A stretch of DNA of 22,056 nt from the NCBI GenBank assembly GCA_048940925.1, contig JBHLOC010000062.1:1-22056 (forward strand). The letters are read 5' to 3'. Positions within the stretch are counted from its first letter, which is position 1. Each line of letters begins with the position of its first letter. The position numbers were made by a program, and so were the translations under genes. The notes below the pieces were generated by a model. That model saw only the letters and a list, made by a program, of their open reading frames with translations. It did not search any database and was not told the DNA's origin. Below, in pieces: positions 1-10,085 of this stretch. The DNA is from Promethearchaeota archaeon. Lineage in GTDB: Archaea > Asgardarchaeota > Lokiarchaeia > Sigyniarchaeales > SOKP01.

Positions 1-217
1 GTTAATTTCACGTTAATACTATGAAAAAACCAATCCTATTTAATAAAATACAGTGTTCAAAATAACTGATCTTTCCAATACTAATATCAAATGAATACAA
101 AAGATGTAGTTTATATAAAAATTATTTACTATATTTTAAAGATAGGACTTTTATTCAGAACATTTTTATTATGCTTTCAATATTGTTTTTTATAATAAAA
201 ATTATGAGGTGAACTAA

Positions 218-1123
218 ATAGTAATTATAAATTCTGAAGGCAAATTTGATGAAAATTATTATCTTATAGACGGAATGACAATGAGTTTACCAAAATTCCT
301 TTCAATTTACATTATTGAGCATAATGGTATGCGAGTGATGATAGATGTAGGAGAAACAATGAAAGCTCGTAAAATTATGAAAAAACTCAAAGAATTCGGG
401 TTATATCCTATTGATAAAATCGTTTTAACTCATTCACATTGGGATCATGCTCAAGGACTCTCAAAATTGTATTCTATGATTAAAGATTTTAATGTAGAAG
501 TATTAGCTTCAGAAAATGCAGTAGAAAATTTAAGACATCCTGAAAGAATGATTAAAGGATTTGAAAATTTGGCAGAGTTATACCCTTTTGAAGAAGCTAT
601 CACTCCTTTAAAAGAAGGTGATATTATTGACATTAAGGGATTGGATTTAGAAGTAAGAAATTTATTTGGGCATACAATGGACTCTATTGGTTTATTTGAT
701 AAAGTAAATAGAATTTTTTTTGTTGGGGATGCAATAATCGATAGATTAGACCAAGATGCATTTTTTGTATCTCTTATGCCACCCGACTTCAATGAAGGAG
801 AACTTCTTAAAACTTTTAATAAATTACGAAATATGAGTGATGAGCTGAATTCCCTCGCGATAGCTCATTTTGGTGTATGGAAGGACAATCATTTTGAACA
901 AATATTAAATGAAATGGAAGATCTTTATTTTAAAGTGAAGAATGCGTTAATTGAATGGTATAATGAAGATCCATCAATTGAAAGTATAACAAGTAAATAT
1001 TATAGGACCTTTACACCATCTTCTAAATTTTGGAATGAAAGACTATTCGTATTTCTTGTTGATATGATGATTAATGGCTTAAAGTTAAGTGGAATGATAA
1101 AAGAAGAACCTATTCTGCATTAA
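218..1123 (+). CDS. MBL-fold metallo-hydrolase; probably starts at ATA 218 (ORF track start is ATG 275)
   Basis: HxHxDH motif (THSHWDH), plus GHT, GDA and AHFG metal-ligand motifs. The frame is open back to ATA 218, which lies 6 nt after a GAGGTG SD (206-211). Confidence 0.85.
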   Translation: MVIINSEGKFDENYYLIDGMTMSLPKFLSIYIIEHNGMRVMIDVGETMKARKIMKKLKEFGLYPIDKIVLTHSHWDHAQGLSKLYSMIKDFNVEVLASENAVENLRHPERMIKGFENLAELYPFEEAITPLKEGDIIDIKGLDLEVRNLFGHTMDSIGLFDKVNRIFFVGDAIIDRLDQDAFFVSLMPPDFNEGELLKTFNKLRNMSDELNSLAIAHFGVWKDNHFEQILNEMEDLYFKVKNALIEWYNEDPSIESITSKYYRTFTPSSKFWNERLFVFLVDMMINGLKLSGMIKEEPILH

Positions 1124-1128
1124 TTATA

Positions 1129-1157
1129 TCTTTTTTTCTTTTTTTGGCTCTTTTTTA
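1129..1157 (+). terminator. oligo-T tracts, archaeal intrinsic terminator-like
   Basis: Several T7-type runs right after the MBL stop, in the convergent gap with lysS. Confidence 0.5.
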
Positions 1158-1178
1158 AAGATAATAATAAGTTTATAG

Positions 1179-2834
1179 TTATCTAAGTTCTTGAAGTTTA
1201 TTTATAACCCATTTTTTATCCAATGCTGCTATAAATGGAGCAAATCTAGGTCCCTTTGTACTCCCCACAAAAATTTCATAAAGAAATTGGAAGAACTGAC
1301 TCATTTCTTTCCGTGATAGGCCTGCTTCTTCTCTTAAATCCATCATTTTAAGTTTGATATCTTCTTCGGTCCATTTCGTTTTTTCGAGAATCTTTCCAAG
1401 ATCAAGAACAAGGTTACGAATTTTTTCATCATATTGCTCCACAACTTCTTGTGAGACATGTTCTTTTAGTTGGATTCGTAGGTAACTCGGAGCATATTTT
1501 GAGTTTACCCAATTTCGTGCGTGAATCAAACGCATTTGAATGTATTCAGTAATTTCTTTTGAAGGCTTTTCTTCTAGAATTCCTGTGGCTACTAATTTTT
1601 GAATAGCTTCTTCAATCCCTTCTTGATCAGGAGATACTAATTGGGAAAGAATTACAGCATGTTGATAATCCAATTGGAATCCCCTATATTCAGGAATTTC
1701 ATTATAAAAAACAATTTCATAGCTTCTCTTAATTGCATGCAACTCGGTGGAATCTTCAAATGATTCTATTCCATAATAGATACGCTGGGCTCTATCATAT
1801 TCAGTGATATAATTCGGGATTTTATCTAATCCTAAAATAATTCGTCTTTTTGGAGGAGTTTTAAGATAAATATATTTTAAAACTTGAGGTTCAGCATACT
1901 CTAACCACTTGGTTGGTGTGAATCCAATAAAACCTGAACCTGACATATCTCCAAAATCCTTTTTGCCTTCAGAATAGCCAACCCATTCATTCCAAAAACC
2001 ATATGGCCTTCTATGATTTAAAATAGATTCTAGAATTTCAAGGCAACTATCTCGAGAACCACCTGGAGTAGCATGATCCTTTCCATACGGTTCAAAATGT
2101 ACGTTTAAAACATACCAAATTGCCACCCACTCAAGCCGCCAAGTTAGCTTCCCTTTGCTAATATCTGACCATCCCTCCTTCTTACATGCATCACAGATAT
2201 AATGAACTTCATACGTATCTAGATTGAGTTCCAAAGCTCTTGTGGTACTTATTCGATTACATTGTTCACAGAGTGGAGCAATTGGAATCCATTCTTTAGG
2301 GAAAGGGTTTTCTTTACGAAATTTGTTAAGAATTTCTCGAACCGCATTTTTTTTATTAATCAACTCAATTACTACTTTTTTCATTCTCTCTTGTAAATAT
2401 AATTCATGAGTTTGGATGATCTGAATACCTTGTCCAAATTTCGATAACCATAGCGCAAGATCATTCAAATGATAATCCACCCATGTTTCTTTTTTATTAT
2501 TGGGAGATGGAATATCGATATAACGCCAATTAATATACTGTTTTGCTTTCTCCGGATCAGAAAATAGGTTTAATTGACCAGGTTTTCCTTTAAATCGATC
2601 TGAAGTATAAAGAATTAAGGAATGTGTAGCGTTATAGCCCCTATTCTGAAGTTCATTTACAACCGCATTCGTAAGAACTATTTCTCCCCTTAAATTTCCG
2701 ACATGTATTTGACCAGATACAGAAATTCCACAATTGCAATTAAAATCTTCTATACCTGGCCAATTTTCAATTAAATCGGAGGTTAATTTATCAATCCAAT
2801 GGCCTGATGGCTTTTCTGATTTTTTAATCATCAT
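1179..2834 (-). CDS. lysS: Lysyl-tRNA synthetase, class I
   Basis: N-terminal HW, SGQIHVGN (HIGH-like), two CxxC motifs, GKLTWRLEW, EPYGKDH, DMSGS (KMSKS-like) and C-terminal GPRF anticodon-domain motif. Confidence 0.95.
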   Translation of the reverse strand: MMIKKSEKPSGHWIDKLTSDLIENWPGIEDFNCNCGISVSGQIHVGNLRGEIVLTNAVVNELQNRGYNATHSLILYTSDRFKGKPGQLNLFSDPEKAKQYINWRYIDIPSPNNKKETWVDYHLNDLALWLSKFGQGIQIIQTHELYLQERMKKVVIELINKKNAVREILNKFRKENPFPKEWIPIAPLCEQCNRISTTRALELNLDTYEVHYICDACKKEGWSDISKGKLTWRLEWVAIWYVLNVHFEPYGKDHATPGGSRDSCLEILESILNHRRPYGFWNEWVGYSEGKKDFGDMSGSGFIGFTPTKWLEYAEPQVLKYIYLKTPPKRRIILGLDKIPNYITEYDRAQRIYYGIESFEDSTELHAIKRSYEIVFYNEIPEYRGFQLDYQHAVILSQLVSPDQEGIEEAIQKLVATGILEEKPSKEITEYIQMRLIHARNWVNSKYAPSYLRIQLKEHVSQEVVEQYDEKIRNLVLDLGKILEKTKWTEEDIKLKMMDLREEAGLSRKEMSQFFQFLYEIFVGSTKGPRFAPFIAALDKKWVINKLQELR

Positions 2835-2880
2835 CTTTTTTCATATCAAATCATTTTATTAATTAAGATTATTTTTAATT

Positions 2881-4350
2881 TTAATTAATAATACCAATTT
2901 TCTTTAAAAGCTTAATAATTACTATTCTTGTTATCTCGGGATCAGCTTGACCTTTAGTTTTTTGCATTACTCTTCCTATTAAAGCCTCAATTGCTTTTGG
3001 ATTTACACCACAATCTTTTACAATCTTAGGATTTTCTTCAATAACTTCATTACTCAAACTTTCAAGGAACTTTTCATCAGAAATTCTTTTTCGACCTTTT
3101 TTTTCTATAATTTCAGAGATCGAGAAGCCTTTCATAATATCATTTATAATAGTTTTAGCAATTTTGGTCGTTATTTTTCCCTCATTAATATATTTGACTA
3201 AGTCAACTATCTGATGTGGGTGAAGTTTTGTATCTTTTATCGTTTTATTGTGTTCGTTTAACCATCTCGAAATGTCATTCATTAACCAATTACAAAATTG
3301 TTTATACTCAGGAGATCCAAAGGAGGCATCAGAATTTACTCCATCCTCATAAAAATCTGCAATACTCTTATCCAAAACTAAATTATCTGAGTCAAATTCA
3401 GTCAAATTATAATCTTTTTGGAGCCTTACCGATCTCTCATTTGGCATTTCGGGTAACTCCTCTCTTACTTTTTGAATAAAAAATTCATCAATTTCTATTG
3501 GTACTAGATCCTGTTCAGGAAAATAGCGATAATCCGCTTCAAATTCTTTTGTCCGCAATGAAATTGTAATCCTCCTTTTGTCATCCCAGTGTCTTGTTTC
3601 TTGGATTAATTCTTTTCCTCGTTTAAGAAGGTTTTTCTGCCTAATATTTTCATGTCTTAACGCTCTTTCTACCTCTTTAAAACTGTTAATATTTTTTACT
3701 TCACTACGTTTATAGCCTTTTAGAGAAATATTGGCATCAACTCTGACTGAACCTTCTAGTTCAAGATTTGAAATTCCAGAATATTGAACAATTGATTTGA
3801 GTTGTTTTAAAAATTCACGAGCTTCTTCTGGAGAATTTATCACAGGTTCAGTGACAATTTCTATTAAGCAAACTCCTGATCTATTATAATCTACAAGTGT
3901 ATAAGGCGAAGTTGCGATAGTTCCTTTATGAACTAATCTTGCAGGATCCTCTTCTAAGTGGATACGATTAAGAATTATATCTTTCTTATGTGAATTTAAT
4001 TTGATGGTAATTTTTCCACCATCTGCGAATGCTTTGCCTCCAGCTTTATTATATTGGCTAATTTGGAAGTTCTTAGACATGTCAGGATAAAAATAATTTT
4101 TTCTAAAGAAATACATGAATTTGTTTATTTTACAATTTAATGCTATCGCTAATCGGGTTGCAAACTCAATAGCCCTTTTATTAATAACTGGAAGTGTACC
4201 TGGCAAACCTATACAAATAGGACATACATGTGAATTTGGTTCTGCCCCTCGATAATCATTACTACAGCTACAAAAAAGTTTTGTTTTGAGATTTGTTAAC
4301 TGGATATGGACTTCTAATCCAATCATAATATCATCATTATAACTACTCAA
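2881..4350 (-). CDS. gatB: Asp/Glu-tRNA amidotransferase subunit B
   Basis: IGLEVHIQL, TKLFC, RKNYFYPD, HLEED, EIVTEP, EVKNINSF and DYRYFPE motifs. TTG start preceded by GGAGG at the end of gatA. Confidence 0.97.
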   Translation of the reverse strand: MSSYNDDIMIGLEVHIQLTNLKTKLFCSCSNDYRGAEPNSHVCPICIGLPGTLPVINKRAIEFATRLAIALNCKINKFMYFFRKNYFYPDMSKNFQISQYNKAGGKAFADGGKITIKLNSHKKDIILNRIHLEEDPARLVHKGTIATSPYTLVDYNRSGVCLIEIVTEPVINSPEEAREFLKQLKSIVQYSGISNLELEGSVRVDANISLKGYKRSEVKNINSFKEVERALRHENIRQKNLLKRGKELIQETRHWDDKRRITISLRTKEFEADYRYFPEQDLVPIEIDEFFIQKVREELPEMPNERSVRLQKDYNLTEFDSDNLVLDKSIADFYEDGVNSDASFGSPEYKQFCNWLMNDISRWLNEHNKTIKDTKLHPHQIVDLVKYINEGKITTKIAKTIINDIMKGFSISEIIEKKGRKRISDEKFLESLSNEVIEENPKIVKDCGVNPKAIEALIGRVMQKTKGQADPEITRIVIIKLLKKIGIIN

Positions 4351-4354
4351 ACAC

Positions 4355-5833
4355 CTAACCTCCTTTTGTAATAGGAGCTAACTTTCGATAAATGTTTAGT
4401 TCTTGTTCAAGTTGATACCCGATATTAAGTATACCTTTTTCATCAAAGTAATCACCAATGATTTGAAAACCTATAGGTAAATTATTACTATTAAAACCAC
4501 AGGGAATTGATAATGCCGGAATACCGACTAAATTAACAGGACAGGTTAAAATGTCTGCTATGTACATCTGTAAAGGATCATCAATTAATTCCCCAATTTT
4601 AAAAGCTGTGATAGGCATTGTTGGACAGACAATTGAGTCACACTTTTTAAAAGCTTCAATAAAATCCTTCTTTATTAAAGTCCTAACTTTAAGAGCTTTT
4701 ATATAAAACATATCATAATATCCCGCAGATAAAGCATATGTTCCTAATAAAATCCTCCTTCGTACTTCTGGACCTAAACCTTTGCTTCGAGATCTACTAA
4801 AAACATCATACACATCACCAGACAGATCGTCGCTCATTTTTCCATATCTTAAACCGTCATATCTCGCTAAATTTGAACTTGCTTCACTCATACAAATTAA
4901 ATAATATGTGGGGACTGTATATTCTAGATGTGGAATTGTCACTTCTACTGTGGTTCCTCCTAGGCTCTCTAATTTGTTTATAGCTTTTTTTACAATGTTT
5001 TCTACTTCCTTATCGACTCCTTCTCCAAAAAATTCATGAGGGATTCCAAGAATCTTTTTATCTATTGGCTTATCTAATTCGTCTGTGTATTTGTCTACCT
5101 TTACATTTACCGATGTTGAATCTAATGGATCTTTTCCAGCCATAATTTCAAGTAATAATGCAGAGTCATATACGCATTTAGTTATTGTACCAATTTGATC
5201 TAATGAGTTAGCAAATGCTATTAAACCATATCTAGAAACTCTTCCATAAGTTGGTTTTAATCCAACAACTCCGCAAAATGCAGCTGGACAGCGTATGCTT
5301 CCACCAGTATCACTTCCTAAAGCGAATATTGCTTGTCCTGATGCAATGCAAGCTCCAGATCCTCCACTTGAACCCCCTGGAACCCTTGAAATATCCCAAG
5401 GATTATATGTAGGTCCATAACAACTATTCTCTGTAGAACTACCCATCGCAAATTCGTCCATGTTTGTGTTACCTATATGGATTGCAGCTTCTTGTTCAAT
5501 TAACTGCTCAATTACAAATGCATTGTAAGGGGGACAATAACCTTCCAAAATTTTTGAACCACAAGTTGTTGGAAAATCTTTAACACAAATTAGATCTTTA
5601 TTTGCCAAAGGTAATCCATAAAGGGTGCCAACTTTTCTACCTTTTTTAAGATTACTATCAAATGATTTAGCTTTATCCAAAGCTTTTTCCTTAGATAAAG
5701 TAACAAATGAATGCAAAATATGCTCGGTCTCTTCAATTCTTTGAAAACAAGCTTCAGTTAATTCCTGAATTGAAATCTCCTTATTCTTGATCTTTTCAAT
5801 TAATTCATATCCCATGTATCTGTAGAGTTCCAT
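4355..5833 (-). CDS. gatA: Asp/Glu-tRNA amidotransferase subunit A
   Basis: Amidase signature TNMDEFAMGSS, PGGSSGGS, GSDTGGSIRCPA, and SNLARYDG. Confidence 0.97.
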   Translation of the reverse strand: MELYRYMGYELIEKIKNKEISIQELTEACFQRIEETEHILHSFVTLSKEKALDKAKSFDSNLKKGRKVGTLYGLPLANKDLICVKDFPTTCGSKILEGYCPPYNAFVIEQLIEQEAAIHIGNTNMDEFAMGSSTENSCYGPTYNPWDISRVPGGSSGGSGACIASGQAIFALGSDTGGSIRCPAAFCGVVGLKPTYGRVSRYGLIAFANSLDQIGTITKCVYDSALLLEIMAGKDPLDSTSVNVKVDKYTDELDKPIDKKILGIPHEFFGEGVDKEVENIVKKAINKLESLGGTTVEVTIPHLEYTVPTYYLICMSEASSNLARYDGLRYGKMSDDLSGDVYDVFSRSRSKGLGPEVRRRILLGTYALSAGYYDMFYIKALKVRTLIKKDFIEAFKKCDSIVCPTMPITAFKIGELIDDPLQMYIADILTCPVNLVGIPALSIPCGFNSNNLPIGFQIIGDYFDEKGILNIGYQLEQELNIYRKLAPITKGG

Positions 5834-5891
5834 TGATACTAAACCACTAAAAGAAAATCGTTCAAGAACACTTAATCTTTACTATTTTAGG

Positions 5892-5904
5892 CATATAAAT
5901 TCTT
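5892..5904 (-). promoter_or_regulatory. putative BRE/TATA promoter of gatA-gatB-lysS
   Basis: Minus strand reads AAGAA-TTTATATG about 60 nt upstream of the gatA ATG. Confidence 0.45.
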
Positions 5905-5947
5905 GTAAACTAAAAAATTTACTTGTTTTTCATCCAAATCAAAAGGA

Positions 5948-6061
5948 TTCCTGCCAAATTCAAAATTCTGGGATGAGAGGGTATTAGCATTTCTTGTAAA
6001 TATTATGATAAATGGCTTAAAATTGAGTGGTTTTATAGAAGCAGAACCAATATCGCACTAA
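5948..6061 (+). pseudogene. 3' remnant of a paralogue of the MBL hydrolase at 218-1123
   Basis: Translates FLPNSKFWDERVLAFLVNIMINGLKLSGFIEAEPISH*, 25/37 identical by hand alignment to the MBL C-terminus. There is an in-frame TAA at 5906 and no plausible 5' part. Confidence 0.85.
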
Positions 6062-6103
6062 TCAATAATTTATAAATAATGTTAATTGGAATTCTGTGAA
6101 ATC

Positions 6104-7408
6104 TCATGGAGCTTTCCGGACCATAGTTCTTGGGAAAGGTATAGCATCTTTTATATTATCAATTCCACAAAGCCACATAACAACCCTTTCAACACCTACA
6201 CCATAGCCAGAATGAGGTACACTGCCATATCGTCTTAGTTCAAAATACCATTCATAATTTTTAGGATCTTCGCCATCTGCTTCCAATCTCCTGATCATAT
6301 CGTCGACCAATAAGCTTCTCTCTGATCCCCCAACAATTTCACAATACCCTTCTGGTGCTAACATATCAAAACATAATGCTTCCTTAGGATTTTCTTCATA
6401 GGGTGGTTTATAGAAACCCATAATTTCGGTAGGGTAGTGCGTAACTACAACTGGAACTTTAAAATGATCTGCTATTTTTTCTTCCTCAATTGTCCTTAAA
6501 TCCTTACCCCACGGGACATTCATTTTATATTTAGTATTGAGTATTTCTAAAGCTTCTGAGTATTTAATAGTTGGATATTCTTCTTTTGCATAATGCTCCA
6601 ATAACTTGGTGTCTCTCTCTAAAATTTCTAGTTCTTTTTTATTATGGTTCAATACTTGTTTTACAATAAACCTAATTTCATCTTTAGCAACTTCTGTAAC
6701 TTCATCAAGTTGCATCCATGCAGCTTCCATTTCAGCCATCCAAAACTCTGATAAATGTCTTGATGTTTTTGATTTTTCTGCTCTGAATGTTGGCCCCATA
6801 TTATAAATTTTTCCTAATGAGAAAATACCTGCTTCAGCATATAATTGCCATGTTTGAGAGAGATAAATTATATCATCAAAATATTTAACTTCAAATAGAG
6901 TTGCACCCCCTTCAGATTGACTAGGCTGAAAAATTGGTGCATCAAATTCATAATACCCATGACTTCTAAAAAATTCATGAATTGCTCCTACTACTGTATG
7001 ACGAATTTTTAATATAGCATTTAATTTCCTTGATCTAATCCAAAGGTGTCTATTATCATATAAAAGTTCAGGTGATTGATGCTCTGTTATCGGAAATGGG
7101 TCAGCAATCTGAACAATTTCTAAATCTGATACAGAAACTTCATAACCTGTAGGAGCTCTATCATCCTTTTTTAAATCACCTGAAATTTTAACTGACGACT
7201 CAATTGTTAACTTTTCAGCTTTATCAAAAACTTTACGGTTTTTTTCTTTAGAAATTACACATTGTATAATATCCGATTCATCCCTAAGTATTATAAATAC
7301 AAATTTATTCGATTTTCTTTCTCGATATACCCAACCTCTCAAATTCACTTTATTATATCCCTTATTGAGAGCTTCTTCAATTGTTGTATACTGCAATTTC
7401 ATTTTCAA
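6104..7408 (-). CDS. asnS: Asparaginyl-tRNA synthetase (class IIb)
   Basis: N-terminal OB fold (LRGWVY, FIILRD). Motif 2 reads GPTFRAEKSKTSRHLSEFWMAEME, with the AsnRS-type Glu. Also EIVGGSER and motif 3 PHSGYGVGVER. Confidence 0.88.
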   Translation of the reverse strand: MKMKLQYTTIEEALNKGYNKVNLRGWVYRERKSNKFVFIILRDESDIIQCVISKEKNRKVFDKAEKLTIESSVKISGDLKKDDRAPTGYEVSVSDLEIVQIADPFPITEHQSPELLYDNRHLWIRSRKLNAILKIRHTVVGAIHEFFRSHGYYEFDAPIFQPSQSEGGATLFEVKYFDDIIYLSQTWQLYAEAGIFSLGKIYNMGPTFRAEKSKTSRHLSEFWMAEMEAAWMQLDEVTEVAKDEIRFIVKQVLNHNKKELEILERDTKLLEHYAKEEYPTIKYSEALEILNTKYKMNVPWGKDLRTIEEEKIADHFKVPVVVTHYPTEIMGFYKPPYEENPKEALCFDMLAPEGYCEIVGGSERSLLVDDMIRRLEADGEDPKNYEWYFELRRYGSVPHSGYGVGVERVVMWLCGIDNIKDAIPFPRTMVRKAP

Positions 7409-7477
7409 ATTTAAAGATTAGTTTACAATTAATATGTCACAGTTAGTTATTGAATTTTAAAAAATTTGACTGAAATA

Positions 7478-8098
7478 TTATATTGGATTTTCTCTTAGCA
7501 TTGACCAATTCATAACATTCGTTCTAGGTATTTGATATTTCTTCAGGACTTTGAAACCATAGTGTTGATATATTTCAACATTTTTTTCATTGTTAGTGTC
7601 GAGATAACATTGTAGTTTTTCTTTATCTATCCGAGCAAGCATTGGTTTAATCAAACTACTTGCAAATCCTTTCTCCTGATAATTTGGATCTACACCAATA
7701 ATAAAGAAATACCAGTGACGAGAAGGTACAAGTTCATAATGTGTTGAAAATATATATTCAAAAATATTGTATACTTTTTCTACTGCTTCACCTAAAGCAA
7801 TTGCTAATCTAAAAGAAAGCCAATTTGTAAATATACTTCTAGGTTTATCTCGGTACTCTTCTTTCGGATCCTCTAATCGCCATAGAGCAATTCCTTCTAA
7901 TTTTGGTGATGTAATATAAACTTCACCAAGTACCATACAATATCGTAGAGAGAATTTCATCAAATGGTAATTTTGCATAACTCTCTCAGTAGAATCTGGA
8001 AAATAAGCTATATGTAGCGGATCGTTTTCAAAAGCTTTAGCAAGCATCTTAGCAGCGGGTTCAACTTGCTGTTTGTTTAATCGAAGGAAGTCATCCAT
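7478..8098 (-). CDS. GNAT family N-acetyltransferase
   Basis: IGVDPNYQEKGFAS acetyl-CoA binding motif and YLDT...N..IYQHYGF. Confidence 0.9.
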   Translation of the reverse strand: MDDFLRLNKQQVEPAAKMLAKAFENDPLHIAYFPDSTERVMQNYHLMKFSLRYCMVLGEVYITSPKLEGIALWRLEDPKEEYRDKPRSIFTNWLSFRLAIALGEAVEKVYNIFEYIFSTHYELVPSRHWYFFIIGVDPNYQEKGFASSLIKPMLARIDKEKLQCYLDTNNEKNVEIYQHYGFKVLKKYQIPRTNVMNWSMLRENPI

Positions 8099-8129
8099 TG
8101 CTTATCAAATCAAAGGGAATTTTTTAGAT

Positions 8130-8915
8130 TTATTCTTCTTTTTGTTTTTTAAGAAGATATTTGGAGAAAATATTCATATATAGACACTCCTCTGGTGCCA
8201 TTTCAGGAGTTATTTGGGGATTTTTTGAAAACTCAACATTAGCTCCCCTTATAATAACTATGGGCGTTTGTTGGTCTGCTTCACTTAATAGAAATTGAGC
8301 AGCACTCGTTAGATCATCCGCTATTGCCCTCATTGTGATTTCCATGGGTCTATTAAAAAGATCAGGATGTCCACGTAAATCTTCAACAGGTTCAAATCCT
8401 GCTGTGGCTATGGCAATTCCGATAGTTCCTTTCCTCAAAGGCTGAACTCTTGAATCTGCGATAATAACTCCCAATTTTTCTATTCCATATTCTCTTCTTA
8501 ATTCCCTCCAAAAATTCCACACTACTTTATTAAGGTTCTTTGGGAGTAAAACAACTCTGTTTGGACCTGCATTTGACTGATCTATCCCTGCATTTGCTAT
8601 TAAGAAATCATTTACTTTAGCCAATATAACATGTCTCATTCCCCCCAAAATCATTGATGCTTCTTGCAATATTAATTCAACATAGCGCTCATCCATGTCA
8701 AACTCTTTTGCTAATCTCATAGCTTTTCCTGAAATATTTTTCACATCTGATAATGCAATGATCCTTCCTTGGGATGTCGCTACTACTTTTTCCGCAATTA
8801 CTATAATATCTCCTTCATATAAAGATTGTCCTTTTTTTTTTAGGTTTTCTATAATAATTCTCAGTAAATTGTCACTTTTTCTGATAAGGGGAAGTTTAAT
8901 CGAAAATAACTCCAT
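8130..8915 (-). CDS. cofE: CofE-like gamma-glutamyl ligase (F420-0:Glu ligase family; possibly a folate glutamylase)
   Basis: LPLI, AEKVVATSQGR, ANAGIDQSN, GVIIADS, DLRGHPDLFNRPM and ADDL motifs. Confidence 0.85.
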   Translation of the reverse strand: MELFSIKLPLIRKSDNLLRIIIENLKKKGQSLYEGDIIVIAEKVVATSQGRIIALSDVKNISGKAMRLAKEFDMDERYVELILQEASMILGGMRHVILAKVNDFLIANAGIDQSNAGPNRVVLLPKNLNKVVWNFWRELRREYGIEKLGVIIADSRVQPLRKGTIGIAIATAGFEPVEDLRGHPDLFNRPMEITMRAIADDLTSAAQFLLSEADQQTPIVIIRGANVEFSKNPQITPEMAPEECLYMNIFSKYLLKKQKEE

Positions 8916-8972
8916 TGTAGATAAAAAGAATTAAACTTATTTGATATATTTTGTTCATTTTCTAGATGTTAT

Positions 8973-9842
8973 ATGAAAAAAATCTATATGAATTTATATA
9001 ACACCATCGAAATTGGAGATGACATCCCAATTGTCATAATGGGTGTATTGAATCTAAGTCCTGAGAGTTTTTATCAAAGGTCTGTTTATTCTGATATAAA
9101 ATCACTAAAAAAAGCTACACTAGAAATGATTGAACATGGTGCAAAAATGCTTGATCTAGGAGCACGTTCTACTGCACCTTGGTCTAAAAAAATATCAATT
9201 GAAGAAGAAATTAATCGTTTAAAACCAGCTATGGAAAATGTATGCAAAATAATATCCACAGAAATTATAATTTCTGTTGATACCCAATATTGTGAAGTAG
9301 CTCAGATTGCTTACGATATATCTCTTAAATATAAAAAAAATATTATAATTAATGACGTTAGTTGTCTAAAAACTGATCCCTCCTTACAGGATTTTATTAT
9401 TGAAAATGATCTTCCTATAATATTAATGGCTTCTAAAGAAGTCCCGGGAGATTTATGTACTATTGAAGAGATTATTAATGAATTTGAAGGAACAATAAAT
9501 AATCTTAAAACTTCAGGATATGATGTAAATAAAGTAATTTTAGATCCAGGAATTGGAAAATGGATTGATAAAAAGATGCCGAAATATGATTTAAAAATAA
9601 TCCATGATTTATCTAGGCTTAGGCAATTTAATAAACCAATACTCGTTGCTATATCAAGAAAGTCATTTATCGGTGCAACCTTAAATATTCCTGAACCAGA
9701 AAAAAGATTAAATGGAACACTTGCAGCTACCACGATAGCAGTATATAATGGGGCACATATAGTACGTACACATGACGTTTCAACACAATTAATTGAATTT
9801 TTAAAAATGACTAAGGCTATTCGAGATTCAAATAAAAATTAA
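8973..9842 (+). CDS. folP: Dihydropteroate synthase
   Basis: MGVLNLSPESF, DLGARST, ISVDT, INDVS, ILDPGIG, SRKSFIG and RTHDV motifs. Confidence 0.93.
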   Translation: MKKIYMNLYNTIEIGDDIPIVIMGVLNLSPESFYQRSVYSDIKSLKKATLEMIEHGAKMLDLGARSTAPWSKKISIEEEINRLKPAMENVCKIISTEIIISVDTQYCEVAQIAYDISLKYKKNIIINDVSCLKTDPSLQDFIIENDLPIILMASKEVPGDLCTIEEIINEFEGTINNLKTSGYDVNKVILDPGIGKWIDKKMPKYDLKIIHDLSRLRQFNKPILVAISRKSFIGATLNIPEPEKRLNGTLAATTIAVYNGAHIVRTHDVSTQLIEFLKMTKAIRDSNKN

Positions 9843-10085
9843 AAATAGCATTAAATGATATTTTAATATTTGATGAATTTCTGGGTTAATCAAATCCTTA
9901 GTATAAAATTATTTTCTTTTATATTATTAGTGAATATGTTGAAGAAGCAGAGAGTTTTATCTAAAAAGTATCCGAAATTAAGAACTGTAAGGCTTAATTT
10001 AAGAAAAATTCTAATGAACATGTTTTATGATCAAGAATCTATACTTTAGGCTATTTGGTTAGGTTCAGGAGGTGATTAGTAATTA

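Noticed and set aside
5834-6103. Hidden gatC upstream of gatA
   Set aside because: No minus-strand ORF of GatC size. The region is explained by a promoter and the MBL remnant.
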